From a virus (lineage: Duplodnaviria > Caudoviricetes), in IMG/VR virus record IMGVR_UViG_3300029305_002725, positions 1 through 64,000 of that record: a stretch of DNA of 64,000 bases; one strand, given 5' to 3'. This document shows, in pieces, positions 52,832-63,214 of the stretch (positions within the stretch are counted from its first letter, which is position 1; the number at the start of each line of letters is the position of its first letter). A program made the position numbers and the translations under genes. Under the pieces are notes generated by a model, which saw nothing but the letters and a program-made list of their open reading frames with translations, was not told the DNA's origin and did not search any database.

Positions 52832-53711
52832 TTTTAAATTTGATGATAGAAAAGATATTGAGAATAAAATGTTAGTTGGTTATGTTAATCAAGATAACCC
52901 TGAAGATACTATTAGAGACTTGGCAAGATATAATCATCATGTTCTTGAGATGGATAAAGAAGATAATTATGATGCCATTCTAGCTTACATGACTAAAAAT
53001 TGCAGTGATTTTTATGAAGAGAAATATTTTAAGATTATTTATAGAAACATTGCAAGCGCCAAGAAATATAAGTTTAGAAGTGTTGATCCGGTTGTAATTA
53101 CTAAATCTGAAATTGATAAAATAGTCAGCTTGAACGATATTAGGAAAGAAAAAATTGCATTTGTGCTTTTAGCTATTGCCAAATATTACAACAATGTATC
53201 TGATGATAACAATAATAGAATGTATATATCTATTGGTGACTTGTTCAAACTTGCTAGAGTGGCAATTCCATGTAAAGAAAGAGCAAGCTATTTGCATTTT
53301 GCTTACCAAGAAGGAATTTTAGTTGAGCACATGTTTGTTGGAACCAATTTAAAAATTGTTGGTTTTGTAGACAATGATAGTGAACCAGTTTTCGAACTTA
53401 GTGAAGATGATTATAAAGAGCTTGCGTATGCGTATCTGAATTATAAGAATGGTGGATATAAGTACTGTAAGGGTTGCGGCAAGTTATTTAAGATGCATAA
53501 GAACTCTCCCGGTAGATTGTATTGTAAAGAATGTGGGAAAAAAGAAGAATCTAGTGAATTTAAGGCAATTAAGTGTGTTGATTGTGGTGAAGATCTTGTG
53601 ATTGGCGTGTTAAATACTAAAACTTGTAGGTGCGGAACATGTCAAGACGTACGAAATAAGGAACTAAAAGCAGTGAGAAATGCTAGATACTATGAGCAAC
53701 ATAAAAATTAA
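52800..53711 (+). CDS. Hypothetical protein with C-terminal Zn ribbons
   Basis: Four CxxC motifs; coupled to the RNAP gene. Confidence 0.75.
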   Translation: MLLREVKWMINFKFDDRKDIENKMLVGYVNQDNPEDTIRDLARYNHHVLEMDKEDNYDAILAYMTKNCSDFYEEKYFKIIYRNIASAKKYKFRSVDPVVITKSEIDKIVSLNDIRKEKIAFVLLAIAKYYNNVSDDNNNRMYISIGDLFKLARVAIPCKERASYLHFAYQEGILVEHMFVGTNLKIVGFVDNDSEPVFELSEDDYKELAYAYLNYKNGGYKYCKGCGKLFKMHKNSPGRLYCKECGKKEESSEFKAIKCVDCGEDLVIGVLNTKTCRCGTCQDVRNKELKAVRNARYYEQHKN

Positions 53712-53749
53712 GACGCTTGCCTTAAAACTTACAATACAAAATTAATGTT

Positions 53750-53778
53750 AAAAACACTAGGAATTCTCTAGTGTTTTT
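53750..53778. terminator. Bidirectional terminator-like hairpin
   Basis: AAAAACACTAG-GAATTCT-CTAGTGTTTTT. Confidence 0.65.
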
Positions 53779-53882
53779 GACATTGTAAAAATTTTGAATT
53801 GAATTTTCATAAAATGATAGAACTTGTTGTGCAAATTGAACAAGGCAATATTAATAAATTAACAACACAAGGGGGCAAAAAG

Positions 53883-54218
53883 ATGGAACGAATAATGAAA
53901 AAACCAGAGCTTGTAGAAGAAATAGCTGCAAGAACTGGATTCTTTAAGTGCAATGTAAAAGAAATGGTAAATGCATTGTCAGATATTATAATAGAACATT
54001 TTGAAACAGCTGAATTTGGGGCAGATAGTGAATTCCACATAGCTCCAGGAGTTGTATTAAAAGGAACTCGCAAACCAAAAGGTGAGGCAAAAGATCCTCG
54101 CACTGGAGAAGTTGTTATTAGTCCAGAGAAAGTTATCCCCTCTGCGGTATTTAAGCAATCTGTGAGATTGAAATTATATAAAAAACCAAAGGGTTATAAA
54201 AAGAAAAAGAAGGGGTAA
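53883..54218 (+). CDS. HU/IHF-like DNA-binding protein
   Basis: MKKPELVEEIAARTG..KDPRTGE..IPSAVF. Confidence 0.85.
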   Translation: MERIMKKPELVEEIAARTGFFKCNVKEMVNALSDIIIEHFETAEFGADSEFHIAPGVVLKGTRKPKGEAKDPRTGEVVISPEKVIPSAVFKQSVRLKLYKKPKGYKKKKKG

Positions 54219-54223
54219 TATTT

Positions 54224-55435
54224 ATGGTTGATAGTTTAAAGAGAATGGAAAATGAAACTCAGGATCAGTATTTCTATCGTGTATGCAGCATGAAGGATAG
54301 TCTTGGTTTTACTTGGCCGCAAATGGCTGAAATTTTTAATAAAGAATTTGGGTGCAATAAAGGCGATACGGCGTATAGAAAAGAGTGGGCGGCATTTAAT
54401 AAAATTTTTAACGCTAATGTGGATAAGCTTGTTGGCGATAGCGCATATTTGAACGAAGTCATGGAAGCTACACAAAAGCTAGAAAAGGAAAGACATAAGC
54501 TAAATGCTACCAAGATAGAGATACATCGCAATTCAAGACAGGAAAGTAGATCCGAGTTATTTTACGAGAATGTAAGAAATGCTATTGAAACTCTGCCAAT
54601 GCCAGAAATTGTTGCAAATAGAACTCTACATCTTGTCGGAAACAAGGAGTATTTATTATGCTTAGCAGATATTCAAGCTGGTGCAAAGTTTGAAGTACCT
54701 ACAAATACATACTCTCTTGATATTTGTGAAGAGAGATTTAATAAGCTACTAAATGATGTTGTTAGCTATGTGCAAAATCATGATATTGTAAATCTAAAGG
54801 TTGTTGGTCTTGGTGATAGTGTGCAAGGTATTCTGCGTTTAACTGATTTGAAGTTAAATGAGACATCTGTTGTAGAGGCCACCGTTATGGTTGCAAGAAT
54901 GATTGCTTGTTTCTTAAATCAGCTGTCTGCGTATTGCTATGTAGAATATTACCATGTTCCAACATCCAACCATAGTCAAACTCGCCCACTTGGTAGTAAG
55001 GCAAGTGAGTTGGCATGTGAGGATATGGAATATGTTATTGGTAATTATATTTGTGATATGTTGACATCAAATAATAGAGTTGTTGTGTATTTAAACAATA
55101 AATATGATTTTATTGAAATACCTATTTTTAATTTTAATGTATTAGCTACACATGGACATACAATCAAGAATCTTGATACAGCACTTAAGGATTTGAGCGC
55201 AACTCACAGAAAATTAATTGATTATGTAATTGTTGGACATTGGCATAATGGCAAAGTTATCCCTGGTAATGAACATGATAGTCATGATACCGAGGTATTA
55301 ATGTGCCCATCTTTCCAAGGTACTGACCCTTATGCTTTTTATAAATTAGGTTTGAGTTCTAAGGCAGCATGTAAGATGTTTGTATTTGATGAGAAGTATG
55401 GCTGCACTGGAACAGAAAAGTTTATATTAAATTAA
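54224..55435 (+). CDS. Metallophosphoesterase-fold protein (SPbeta YonJ-like)
   Basis: LADIQ, LGDSVQG, SNH, THGH, GHWH. Confidence 0.75.
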   Translation: MVDSLKRMENETQDQYFYRVCSMKDSLGFTWPQMAEIFNKEFGCNKGDTAYRKEWAAFNKIFNANVDKLVGDSAYLNEVMEATQKLEKERHKLNATKIEIHRNSRQESRSELFYENVRNAIETLPMPEIVANRTLHLVGNKEYLLCLADIQAGAKFEVPTNTYSLDICEERFNKLLNDVVSYVQNHDIVNLKVVGLGDSVQGILRLTDLKLNETSVVEATVMVARMIACFLNQLSAYCYVEYYHVPTSNHSQTRPLGSKASELACEDMEYVIGNYICDMLTSNNRVVVYLNNKYDFIEIPIFNFNVLATHGHTIKNLDTALKDLSATHRKLIDYVIVGHWHNGKVIPGNEHDSHDTEVLMCPSFQGTDPYAFYKLGLSSKAACKMFVFDEKYGCTGTEKFILN

Positions 55436-55570
55436 TTACCGTTTAGTTTCTCAGGCTAGGGCGGTTAATATAGGTGTTCCGCCACCGTTAAGTGCGAAAC
55501 GTTAGGGCTGATTGTGTGTGGAAAGCACTTTCCAGGTCCACCGAGCGGCGTGGATATTCTTCGCCAAATT

Positions 55571-55599
55571 GAGTAGGGGTTCACTCCCCTACTCTTTTT
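55571..55599 (+). terminator. Rho-independent terminator
   Basis: GAGTAGGGG-TTCACT-CCCCTACTC-TTTTT. Confidence 0.85.
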
Positions 55600-55635
55600 A
55601 TTTTATAAATAATAAAAATACAAGGAGAAATAATT

Positions 55636-55860
55636 ATGGAAACCAATAAGAATTTTAATAAAGAGGCTAAGCTCATCTTTAATATGGGTGTTGGTAGAGC
55701 ACTTCTTAAAGCAGGAGCTCAGGTCATCGATGTAAAACCTGACAGAGCAAACGCTGATAAAACTGTTCTGGTCTTCAAGAATGATGAAGTGTTCCAGAGA
55801 GAGCTTGCCCGTATCAATAAGGAGATTGCAGAAGCTAAGGCTGCAGATGAAGTCCTGTAA
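55636..55860 (+). CDS. Small hypothetical protein
   Basis: AAGGAG RBS. Confidence 0.75.
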   Translation: METNKNFNKEAKLIFNMGVGRALLKAGAQVIDVKPDRANADKTVLVFKNDEVFQRELARINKEIAEAKAADEVL

Positions 55861-55906
55861 TGGGCTTCTTTTTTTATTTTAGAATACAAGGAAGGAGGTA
55901 GAGTAA

Positions 55907-57157
55907 ATGGCAAGAAGTGCTGGTAAAAAAACTACTTCCACTAAAAAGACTATTGTTGATGACAGAAAATATTTGTGTCCACATTGCTTGAAAGAAAAGA
56001 AAAAAAGTGAATTTTACATGTCTACTGACCCAAGAGTTTTAACTGGAATTACATCAATCTGCAAAGACTGTGTAAGAAAAATTGCACTGGCTTGGGATGA
56101 AAACAGACAGGAATTTGGAGCATGTACTAAAAAAACAGTTATGGATGCATTGGAATATATAGATCGACCGTTTTTGGAAAGATTGTGGGATTCCAGTTAT
56201 GCTGAATGGGCTGATGATACAAGTCAAAAACGCAGAACAACAATATGGGACGCATATATAAAGAATGTTGGTATGGTCCAGTATCGAGGATTACGTTGGC
56301 GTGATGGTGACATATTTAATACATATATTGAAGATGCTAAACAAGTTGCTGCATTAGAAACAGGCAATAAAGAAGCAGCGCAGACATTGTTGCTAAGTCA
56401 AGAAGTTGATGGAGAGTTTGAAAAAAATAGAAACAGCGTTATTAGACTTCTTGGTTATGATCCATTTGAAGGTGAAAAGATTGAAGATCAGCCATTACTC
56501 TACTCCCAGTTAATTGGATATCTTGATGCAGGCGGAGATGGCAACGAAGATATGATGCGTACATCTTCTGCTATTACTATTGTTCGTGGCTTTTTACAGC
56601 AAGCTAAACTTGATGATAAACTGGCAAAAGTTATGGCAAATAGTAGTTCAAATCCTGCAGAGATGAAAACGCTTTTGGACGCAAAGAAGAATCTTAGTGC
56701 TACTATTTCACAATTAGCGGAGCAATCATGTTTAAGTTTAAAGCATAATAAAAATGCCAGCAAAGGTGAAAATACTTGGACTGGTAAAATCAAGAAACTT
56801 AAAGATATGGACTTAAGAGATGCCGAAGTTAATGGTTTTGATATAGGAACATGTCGTGGAATGCAACAGGCTCTTGAAATTAGTGACATATCTATCATGA
56901 AGGCGTTGGCATTAGATGAGTCTGAGTGGTCAGAAGTTGTTGCGGATCAACGTAAACTTTTGGTTGATACGCAGAGAGAAAGAGATGTTTATAAAGAAAT
57001 TAATAGAATTCTTCTAAGGGAAAATCTTGATTTGAGGGATACACTAGAAGAGCATAATATATTAAACAAAGATAGCCTGCAAAACTTAAAAGATTTATTC
57101 TCACCATTTGGAGAAACTGTATCTCAAGATAATGAGGAGAGTGAAACAGATGAGTGA
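55907..57157 (+). CDS. Zn-finger protein upstream of terminase (possible small terminase)
   Basis: CPHC..CKDC; overlaps the start of the large terminase. Confidence 0.6.
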   Translation: MARSAGKKTTSTKKTIVDDRKYLCPHCLKEKKKSEFYMSTDPRVLTGITSICKDCVRKIALAWDENRQEFGACTKKTVMDALEYIDRPFLERLWDSSYAEWADDTSQKRRTTIWDAYIKNVGMVQYRGLRWRDGDIFNTYIEDAKQVAALETGNKEAAQTLLLSQEVDGEFEKNRNSVIRLLGYDPFEGEKIEDQPLLYSQLIGYLDAGGDGNEDMMRTSSAITIVRGFLQQAKLDDKLAKVMANSSSNPAEMKTLLDAKKNLSATISQLAEQSCLSLKHNKNASKGENTWTGKIKKLKDMDLRDAEVNGFDIGTCRGMQQALEISDISIMKALALDESEWSEVVADQRKLLVDTQRERDVYKEINRILLRENLDLRDTLEEHNILNKDSLQNLKDLFSPFGETVSQDNEESETDE

Positions 57158-59195
57158 TTTTAAGTTTAAGATTCTTGATGATATTACAGATGAAGATTTA
57201 ATGTCAATTTTTGATGATGATACTTATATATATGTAAAACCAACTGTTTATGCAATGTCTGATAGGAAGTTGGAGTCTTTAGTGCATATTGCAAAGATTC
57301 AAAAATATTATCAATGCAATCCTGTTAGGTTTATTGAAGATTTTTTTAATATTACATTATTGGATGCGCAGGCATACATTGTTCAGAGAACTTGGAATTG
57401 TCCCAATGTTCTTGTATTGGCATCTCGTGCATTTGGTAAGTCTACTGTTATTGACTTAATTCTAATGGCTAAAGATATGCTATTCTGTAATGTTTGGACT
57501 TATATTGCTAGTGGTTCTGGTTCACAGGCTGAACAAACGTTTATGACATTAGAACGTTTGGCTAATGACGGTATTGATGAAATGAGAAATTCTACTGGAT
57601 ATATTTTCAAAAATGAAGTAGAAATTAATAATGCTGCTGGTGATGGATTTAGTCACGGCAGTAATGGCTTTAAGTATAGTCTATATAATGGGTCTTTTAC
57701 TCAGACGCTAAACTCCAACATCGACAAGAAGCGTGGTATGCGTGGTAGTGTCGTTTTTGACGAGTGTGGTTTTTTGTCTGAAGAAATGCTTGAAGTTTAT
57801 GGTGCATTTGCCGCTGTAAACAAAGGATTCGTGTCAGGTAAAGATCGCAATGGTAAAATGATTGATACTGTTAGACTTAGAACATTTGCTACAAATATCC
57901 CAAACCAGAAATTTTATATCAGTTCTGCATCTAGTACTGACACTAAATATTATAGACTTTATAGAGAATTTGCTAAGCGTCAATTGATGGGTGATAGAGA
58001 TTATTGTGTGATTCAGGTTAGTTGTGATGTTGTTTTGAAACCAACTATTCGTGGTGAAGTTGTTAACGCACTATTAAAAAAGAGTGATATTGAAACAGCT
58101 ATTAGAACAAATCCAGAAAAAGCACGCAGAGAATATTACTGCGAATTTACTTCTGACGCTGGCATGAATGCGATTATTAGGCGTGGTGTTATTGCTAGAA
58201 ATAGTGAAACTCGTGCCCCACTACTATATAATGATACTGGCAAAAAGAAGTTTATTCTTGCATATGACCCAGCTAGAAGTAGAGATAATTCTGTAATTCT
58301 TGTTATGGAAATTTATCAAACTGAAAGTGGAGAATATAAAGGCCGTATTGTAAATTGTGTAAACTTACTTGATGTAGGTAAAAAAATTAAAAGCCCTATG
58401 AGAACACCCGACCAAATTCAATATTTAAAACAATTAATATTAGATTATAATGGTGATGCACCTGATTATGAAAATATAGAATGTGTTTTAATTGATGCTG
58501 GTTCTGGTGGTGGCGGTGTTAATATCGCCGACTTCTTAATGGAAGATTGGTATGACCAAAAAGGTAAAATGCACCGTGGACTTATTGATAAAGAATATAG
58601 CGAAGAATATGCTAGTCGTTATCCTAATGCAATTAATAAATTAAAACTTGTGTCTCCTACTCAGTATAAGTCTATTATTTATGAAGCATTAATTGAAATG
58701 CTTGATATTGATGTAATTAGTTTTACTTCTGACTATGACAATAAAGGTTATCTTACTGTGTTTGAGGCGGATGAGAAAAAGTTAGAAAAGGAAAAACAGC
58801 GTATTAGTGAAGACCTTAAAACAAAAGGTTTTACAGGTGAAGAATTTGCAAAGAAACTTGAGGAAGGATTATCTCAGGCATCTTGTGTAAAAACTAAAGT
58901 TGTTAAGCTTGATCAATTCCAAGAAATTGCATTAGCAAATATTGATGCAATGAAAGAGGAAATGGTTAATATGGTTCGTAAAAAAAGAGAGTCGGGTAAA
59001 GACTCTTTTGAAATTACACCAGAGAAAGCTAATAAATTACATGATGACCGCTCATATACAATGGCTCTTTGTGCGTGGTGGTTATCGGAAAAGCGTTTGG
59101 AAAGCGTACGTGCTCGTAAAAAACCAAATGCAATAGATTTAATAAATATGCTTCCAGTAAGTGGAGGCAGGCCACTAAATAAACTATTTGGTTGA
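57150..59195 (+). CDS. Terminase large subunit
   Basis: ASRAFGKS, VVFDECG, ISSA, AYDPAR, HDDRS. Confidence 0.9.
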   Translation: MSDFKFKILDDITDEDLMSIFDDDTYIYVKPTVYAMSDRKLESLVHIAKIQKYYQCNPVRFIEDFFNITLLDAQAYIVQRTWNCPNVLVLASRAFGKSTVIDLILMAKDMLFCNVWTYIASGSGSQAEQTFMTLERLANDGIDEMRNSTGYIFKNEVEINNAAGDGFSHGSNGFKYSLYNGSFTQTLNSNIDKKRGMRGSVVFDECGFLSEEMLEVYGAFAAVNKGFVSGKDRNGKMIDTVRLRTFATNIPNQKFYISSASSTDTKYYRLYREFAKRQLMGDRDYCVIQVSCDVVLKPTIRGEVVNALLKKSDIETAIRTNPEKARREYYCEFTSDAGMNAIIRRGVIARNSETRAPLLYNDTGKKKFILAYDPARSRDNSVILVMEIYQTESGEYKGRIVNCVNLLDVGKKIKSPMRTPDQIQYLKQLILDYNGDAPDYENIECVLIDAGSGGGGVNIADFLMEDWYDQKGKMHRGLIDKEYSEEYASRYPNAINKLKLVSPTQYKSIIYEALIEMLDIDVISFTSDYDNKGYLTVFEADEKKLEKEKQRISEDLKTKGFTGEEFAKKLEEGLSQASCVKTKVVKLDQFQEIALANIDAMKEEMVNMVRKKRESGKDSFEITPEKANKLHDDRSYTMALCAWWLSEKRLESVRARKKPNAIDLINMLPVSGGRPLNKLFG

Positions 59196-59213
59196 GAAAG
59201 GCGGTGAGTTTTT

Positions 59214-60746
59214 GTGGCAGAAAAAAAACAATTAACTGAAAAAGAAAGAATAGAGTTTTTACGTAGAGATGAACGTAATAAAGCCGCATATGCCGCCGTC
59301 AAAGATGCACTGGCATTAATTGACTTAACTCAAAATAAAAGTATCACATATACTACTTATTCAAGAGAAAGTTTACGCTCATATTTACAAAACCCTGCAG
59401 CAGAAGGCAACCAAAAGAATTTAAGAAAATTAAGTAACTATTTATATACTGTTTCTCATGTATATAGAAGACTAATTAATTTTAAAGCATATCAAATACA
59501 GTTAAAGTCATGGACGGTTTATCCAGATGTTCCTTTGACAGAAGAGCCAGATTTGGAAAGCATACTTTCCAATTATGAACAAGTTACAAAATATGTTCGT
59601 AATATGGATATGAAAAATCAGATTTTAAAATGTATGCTACAGGCTTGGAAGAATGATGTTGTGTATGGTTTCTGCTATGGAGACCCTGAGAATGATGGAG
59701 AATTTTTTATCCATCTCTTAGATCCTGACTATTGTAAAATTTCTAGTCAGCAATATTATAGAGGCGTTCTGAATTTTGCTTTCGACTTTAGTTATTTTGA
59801 CTCTGGTACGAATTCTTACTATTTGGATATTTATGATCCAATTTTTAAAAAGCTCTATAATAAATATAAGGGCGATAATACGCAAAGATGGGCAGAGTTG
59901 CCTATTGAAAACACTTTTTGCTTAAAAATAAATCTAGACATGCTTGACTATCCGATTCCTCCGTTAAGCGGACTGTTTGATAGTATCATCAGTCTTGCCG
60001 ACTTACAGGCCGTCCAAGACTTAAAAGATGAGCTTGAAGCATATAAATTGATTTATGCAAAAATTGATACTATTTCTGGTACAAAAGATGTTGATGATTT
60101 TGAGATTGACTTAGAGCTTGCCAATAAGTTCTTCCAGAAGCTACAGGCAGCGCTACCTGATAATATTGCTATTGCTATGTCTCCGATGAAATTAGAGGCA
60201 ATTGATTTCAATAGCAACAATGCTAATGATGTTAATATTATTTCTGAAGCATACGAAAATATTATTAATGCCAATGGCGGTATTGTTTTAAATCAGAATA
60301 AAATTACTAATAGTGCAAGTTTTAATAAAGCTTTACAGTTTGATTCTATGGATGCTATGGCTCCAGTAGAACAAATCAATGCATGGGTCAACTTGTGGAT
60401 CCTCAATCACCTTGGCGAAACAGGTATGATTGTTGAATATAGTGACGTATCACCATATTTTGTAGACGATAGAATTGATAAGCTACTTAAGGTTGCACAA
60501 TATGGCGTTCCTGTCAAACTCGAATTGGCATCCTTGTTAAATGCCAATCCAACCAAGGAACGTGGTATGTCATTTATGGAAGAAGCTCTCGGAATGGGAA
60601 CTACATCTTGGGCAAATCCTCTTGTATCTAGTAATGTTCAAAATGGAGACATGTCTGAAAATGGCGATGGTTCTGATGGAAGAGCAAAAACCGAAAATCC
60701 TGATGATTTGTCTGATGAGGGACAAAAAACTAGAGATAAGAAATAA
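59214..60746 (+). CDS. Portal protein
   Basis: 510 aa directly after the terminase; LRKLSNYLY..VYRRLI N-terminus, acidic tail. Confidence 0.8.
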   Translation: MAEKKQLTEKERIEFLRRDERNKAAYAAVKDALALIDLTQNKSITYTTYSRESLRSYLQNPAAEGNQKNLRKLSNYLYTVSHVYRRLINFKAYQIQLKSWTVYPDVPLTEEPDLESILSNYEQVTKYVRNMDMKNQILKCMLQAWKNDVVYGFCYGDPENDGEFFIHLLDPDYCKISSQQYYRGVLNFAFDFSYFDSGTNSYYLDIYDPIFKKLYNKYKGDNTQRWAELPIENTFCLKINLDMLDYPIPPLSGLFDSIISLADLQAVQDLKDELEAYKLIYAKIDTISGTKDVDDFEIDLELANKFFQKLQAALPDNIAIAMSPMKLEAIDFNSNNANDVNIISEAYENIINANGGIVLNQNKITNSASFNKALQFDSMDAMAPVEQINAWVNLWILNHLGETGMIVEYSDVSPYFVDDRIDKLLKVAQYGVPVKLELASLLNANPTKERGMSFMEEALGMGTTSWANPLVSSNVQNGDMSENGDGSDGRAKTENPDDLSDEGQKTRDKK

Positions 60747-60760
60747 GGAGGCGGAAATTT

Positions 60761-60946
60761 ATGAATGATAAAAAGTTTATTGTTACAAAAGATGAAGCTA
60801 TTGCAAATAAAATGATTGCATATAAGTTTAGATTAGTTTCCGCTATAGCTGGAACCTATACTTTTGTGAATGAAACGCCAGATAAATTTTCTTTTGATAT
60901 GTTCGATGTGAAGAAATTACACTTCACAAATAACTTACATTTGTAA
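60761..60946 (+). CDS. Small hypothetical protein
   Basis: AAGGAGG RBS. Confidence 0.65.
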   Translation: MNDKKFIVTKDEAIANKMIAYKFRLVSAIAGTYTFVNETPDKFSFDMFDVKKLHFTNNLHL

Positions 60947-60996
60947 TTCCCATATTGGGATTGCATATATAAAACTGATAGAAAGGAGGAGGTAAT

Positions 60997-62589
60997 ATGC
61001 CAAGAACTTTTTATACAATTGATGATCTTGCGACTTTTTGTAAGCAAAATAATTTTGCACGTTTTAGTTCTAAGGAGCACGGTAACAAACCACTCATTGT
61101 ACAATCTGTTGAAACTTTTGAGGTGTCAGATAATAGCAAAGACGGTTTAATGCCTGTGAGTCTTAAGTCTTGTCATATCGGCGTAAATAGAAATCAATCA
61201 TGTATTTCTGAAGACGTAATGAAGACAAATATGTCATCTTTTAAGGGTAGACCTATTCTGGCAAACATCATTAAAACAGATGAAGGAACTTATGAATTTC
61301 ACAGCCATGACATTGAATTTAATGAAGATGGCGAAATTGAATACCTAGAACGTCCTGTTGGTGTTATCAGCCAACTTGAAGAGCCATATTTAGAATATGA
61401 TAAAGAAGAGGGTAAAACATATTTGCATGTTAATGGACATATTTTTACTGAATATTCTAGGGCTGCTGAAATTTTAGAGAGACGCAGAACTTGCAAGTGT
61501 TCTGTTGAAATTGCTGTTAACGAAATGTCTTGGAATGGTGAAGAAGATTATTTGTCTATTGACTCTTTTACTTTTATGGGTGTTACTATTTTAGGATATG
61601 AGCAAGATGGCGTTACTGAAATTCAGGAAGGTATGAAAGGCAGTAAGATCACTATTGATAGTTTTAGCTCCAATAATAGTATGTTGGGTGTAAACTATCA
61701 AGAAAAGATGATTGAAGTTTTAGATAAGTTAAATACTACTCTATCTAATTTCAATAAAAATAATGAGAAAGGAGGAGAGGAAGAGATGGTTGATGTTGAA
61801 GACATCGTCGTCGAGGAGGAACTTAATGATCCTGAAACTGTTGTCGTAGAGGAACAGGTCGAAGGTGAGGAAGTTGTCGTTAACGAAGAGATCGTTTCTG
61901 AGGAAACTTCTTTCGAAGATGGTGATGAACCAGTGGTTGAGGAAGTTGTTGTTGAGAATGAAGCAGAAGTAGAAGAACCGGTTGTTGAGGAATCTGAAGA
62001 GAATTTTGAGATTAAATTTGAACTTAGTCACGACGATATTAGATCTTCGCTATATCAATTGCTCAATGCATATTCCGAAGATGGTTATAGTTATGCATGG
62101 ATTATTGAAGTTTTTGATAATAAGTTTATCTATGAGGATTGGACTGATGAGGGTTGTAAGTTCTTTAGACAGGCTTATTCTAAGGATGGAGATAATGTTG
62201 CATTTGATGGCGAAAGAGTTGAAGTTTTCAATGAATGGTTGTCTAAGGCAGAGAAAGACGCTCTTGATGAGTTAAAGTCTAACTATGCAGAACTAAAGGC
62301 ATTTAAGGAGAATTATGATGCCACTACTCTAAAGGCAGAAAAAGATGCTATCTTTGCCAGTGTTGAGTATGATGAAATTAGAGAATCTGATGAATTCAAA
62401 GTCCTAATGTCTGAGATGGATAATTATTCTGTTGAAGAGCTAAAGGTTAAAGCTGACTTGCTATTCGCAGCTTCTATGAAGAAGAAGTATAACTTCAATG
62501 CAAAACCTGCAAAGAAAGGTTCCGTTAGTTTGAACTTTAATGCAGAACCAGATAATAAGAAAGAAGCTTATGCTGGTTTATTTAAATAA
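60997..62589 (+). CDS. Prohead protease/scaffold fusion
   Basis: HIGVNRN..HSHD..CSVEI..GVTILG N domain; Glu-rich scaffold-like C part. Confidence 0.75.
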   Translation: MPRTFYTIDDLATFCKQNNFARFSSKEHGNKPLIVQSVETFEVSDNSKDGLMPVSLKSCHIGVNRNQSCISEDVMKTNMSSFKGRPILANIIKTDEGTYEFHSHDIEFNEDGEIEYLERPVGVISQLEEPYLEYDKEEGKTYLHVNGHIFTEYSRAAEILERRRTCKCSVEIAVNEMSWNGEEDYLSIDSFTFMGVTILGYEQDGVTEIQEGMKGSKITIDSFSSNNSMLGVNYQEKMIEVLDKLNTTLSNFNKNNEKGGEEEMVDVEDIVVEEELNDPETVVVEEQVEGEEVVVNEEIVSEETSFEDGDEPVVEEVVVENEAEVEEPVVEESEENFEIKFELSHDDIRSSLYQLLNAYSEDGYSYAWIIEVFDNKFIYEDWTDEGCKFFRQAYSKDGDNVAFDGERVEVFNEWLSKAEKDALDELKSNYAELKAFKENYDATTLKAEKDAIFASVEYDEIRESDEFKVLMSEMDNYSVEELKVKADLLFAASMKKKYNFNAKPAKKGSVSLNFNAEPDNKKEAYAGLFK

Positions 62590-62694
62590 TTTTAACAGTG
62601 CAAAATGAATGTAACGTTAACACTTAAACAATTGGTTATAATTGTTTTTGTTATATTAAACAAATTATTTATTTTATGAAAGGATGTAAATATT

Positions 62695-63192
62695 ATGGCA
62701 CAGGATATGAATCTAAATGTCTCCCACGTTGTAGCTGAATCTACTATGCTAGGTGCTACTCAGTGGGCTGAACATATTTTTAGCGTAAAAATGAATGCCG
62801 ACAGAGATAATGGCGGTATTATTGCTCGTGGTGATTATATTGATGACGAGTATTATGAGGAGGCAGCTTATGCTGCTGGCAAGGAGCCTATGCTAGTTCT
62901 AGCTCCCCCTATCATGGCTTTTGATGGCCTAAAGGAATATACTTATGAAGAGCGTTTCTACAATGCCAAGGATGCAGTTGTTAGATGTTATGTTCTAAAG
63001 GTTGGCGACAGATACTCTCTATCTGAGAACGCTTTTGATGTCGCTCCCAAGGAAGGTCAGTACGTAACTTATGATGGTTCCATTTATAATGTTGCTGATG
63101 CTGCTGATGACACTCAGTTCTGCGCAAAGGTTCTAAAGAAGATCGTGCGTAAGAACAGAATTATGTATAAGCTCGTTGTCGAGCATCTATAA
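62695..63192 (+). CDS. Head decoration/stabilising protein
   Basis: 165 aa between scaffold and capsid genes; same codon bias as the capsid gene. Confidence 0.6.
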   Translation: MAQDMNLNVSHVVAESTMLGATQWAEHIFSVKMNADRDNGGIIARGDYIDDEYYEEAAYAAGKEPMLVLAPPIMAFDGLKEYTYEERFYNAKDAVVRCYVLKVGDRYSLSENAFDVAPKEGQYVTYDGSIYNVADAADDTQFCAKVLKKIVRKNRIMYKLVVEHL

Positions 63193-63214
63193 TTTGAAAG
63201 GATGGTGAAACTAT

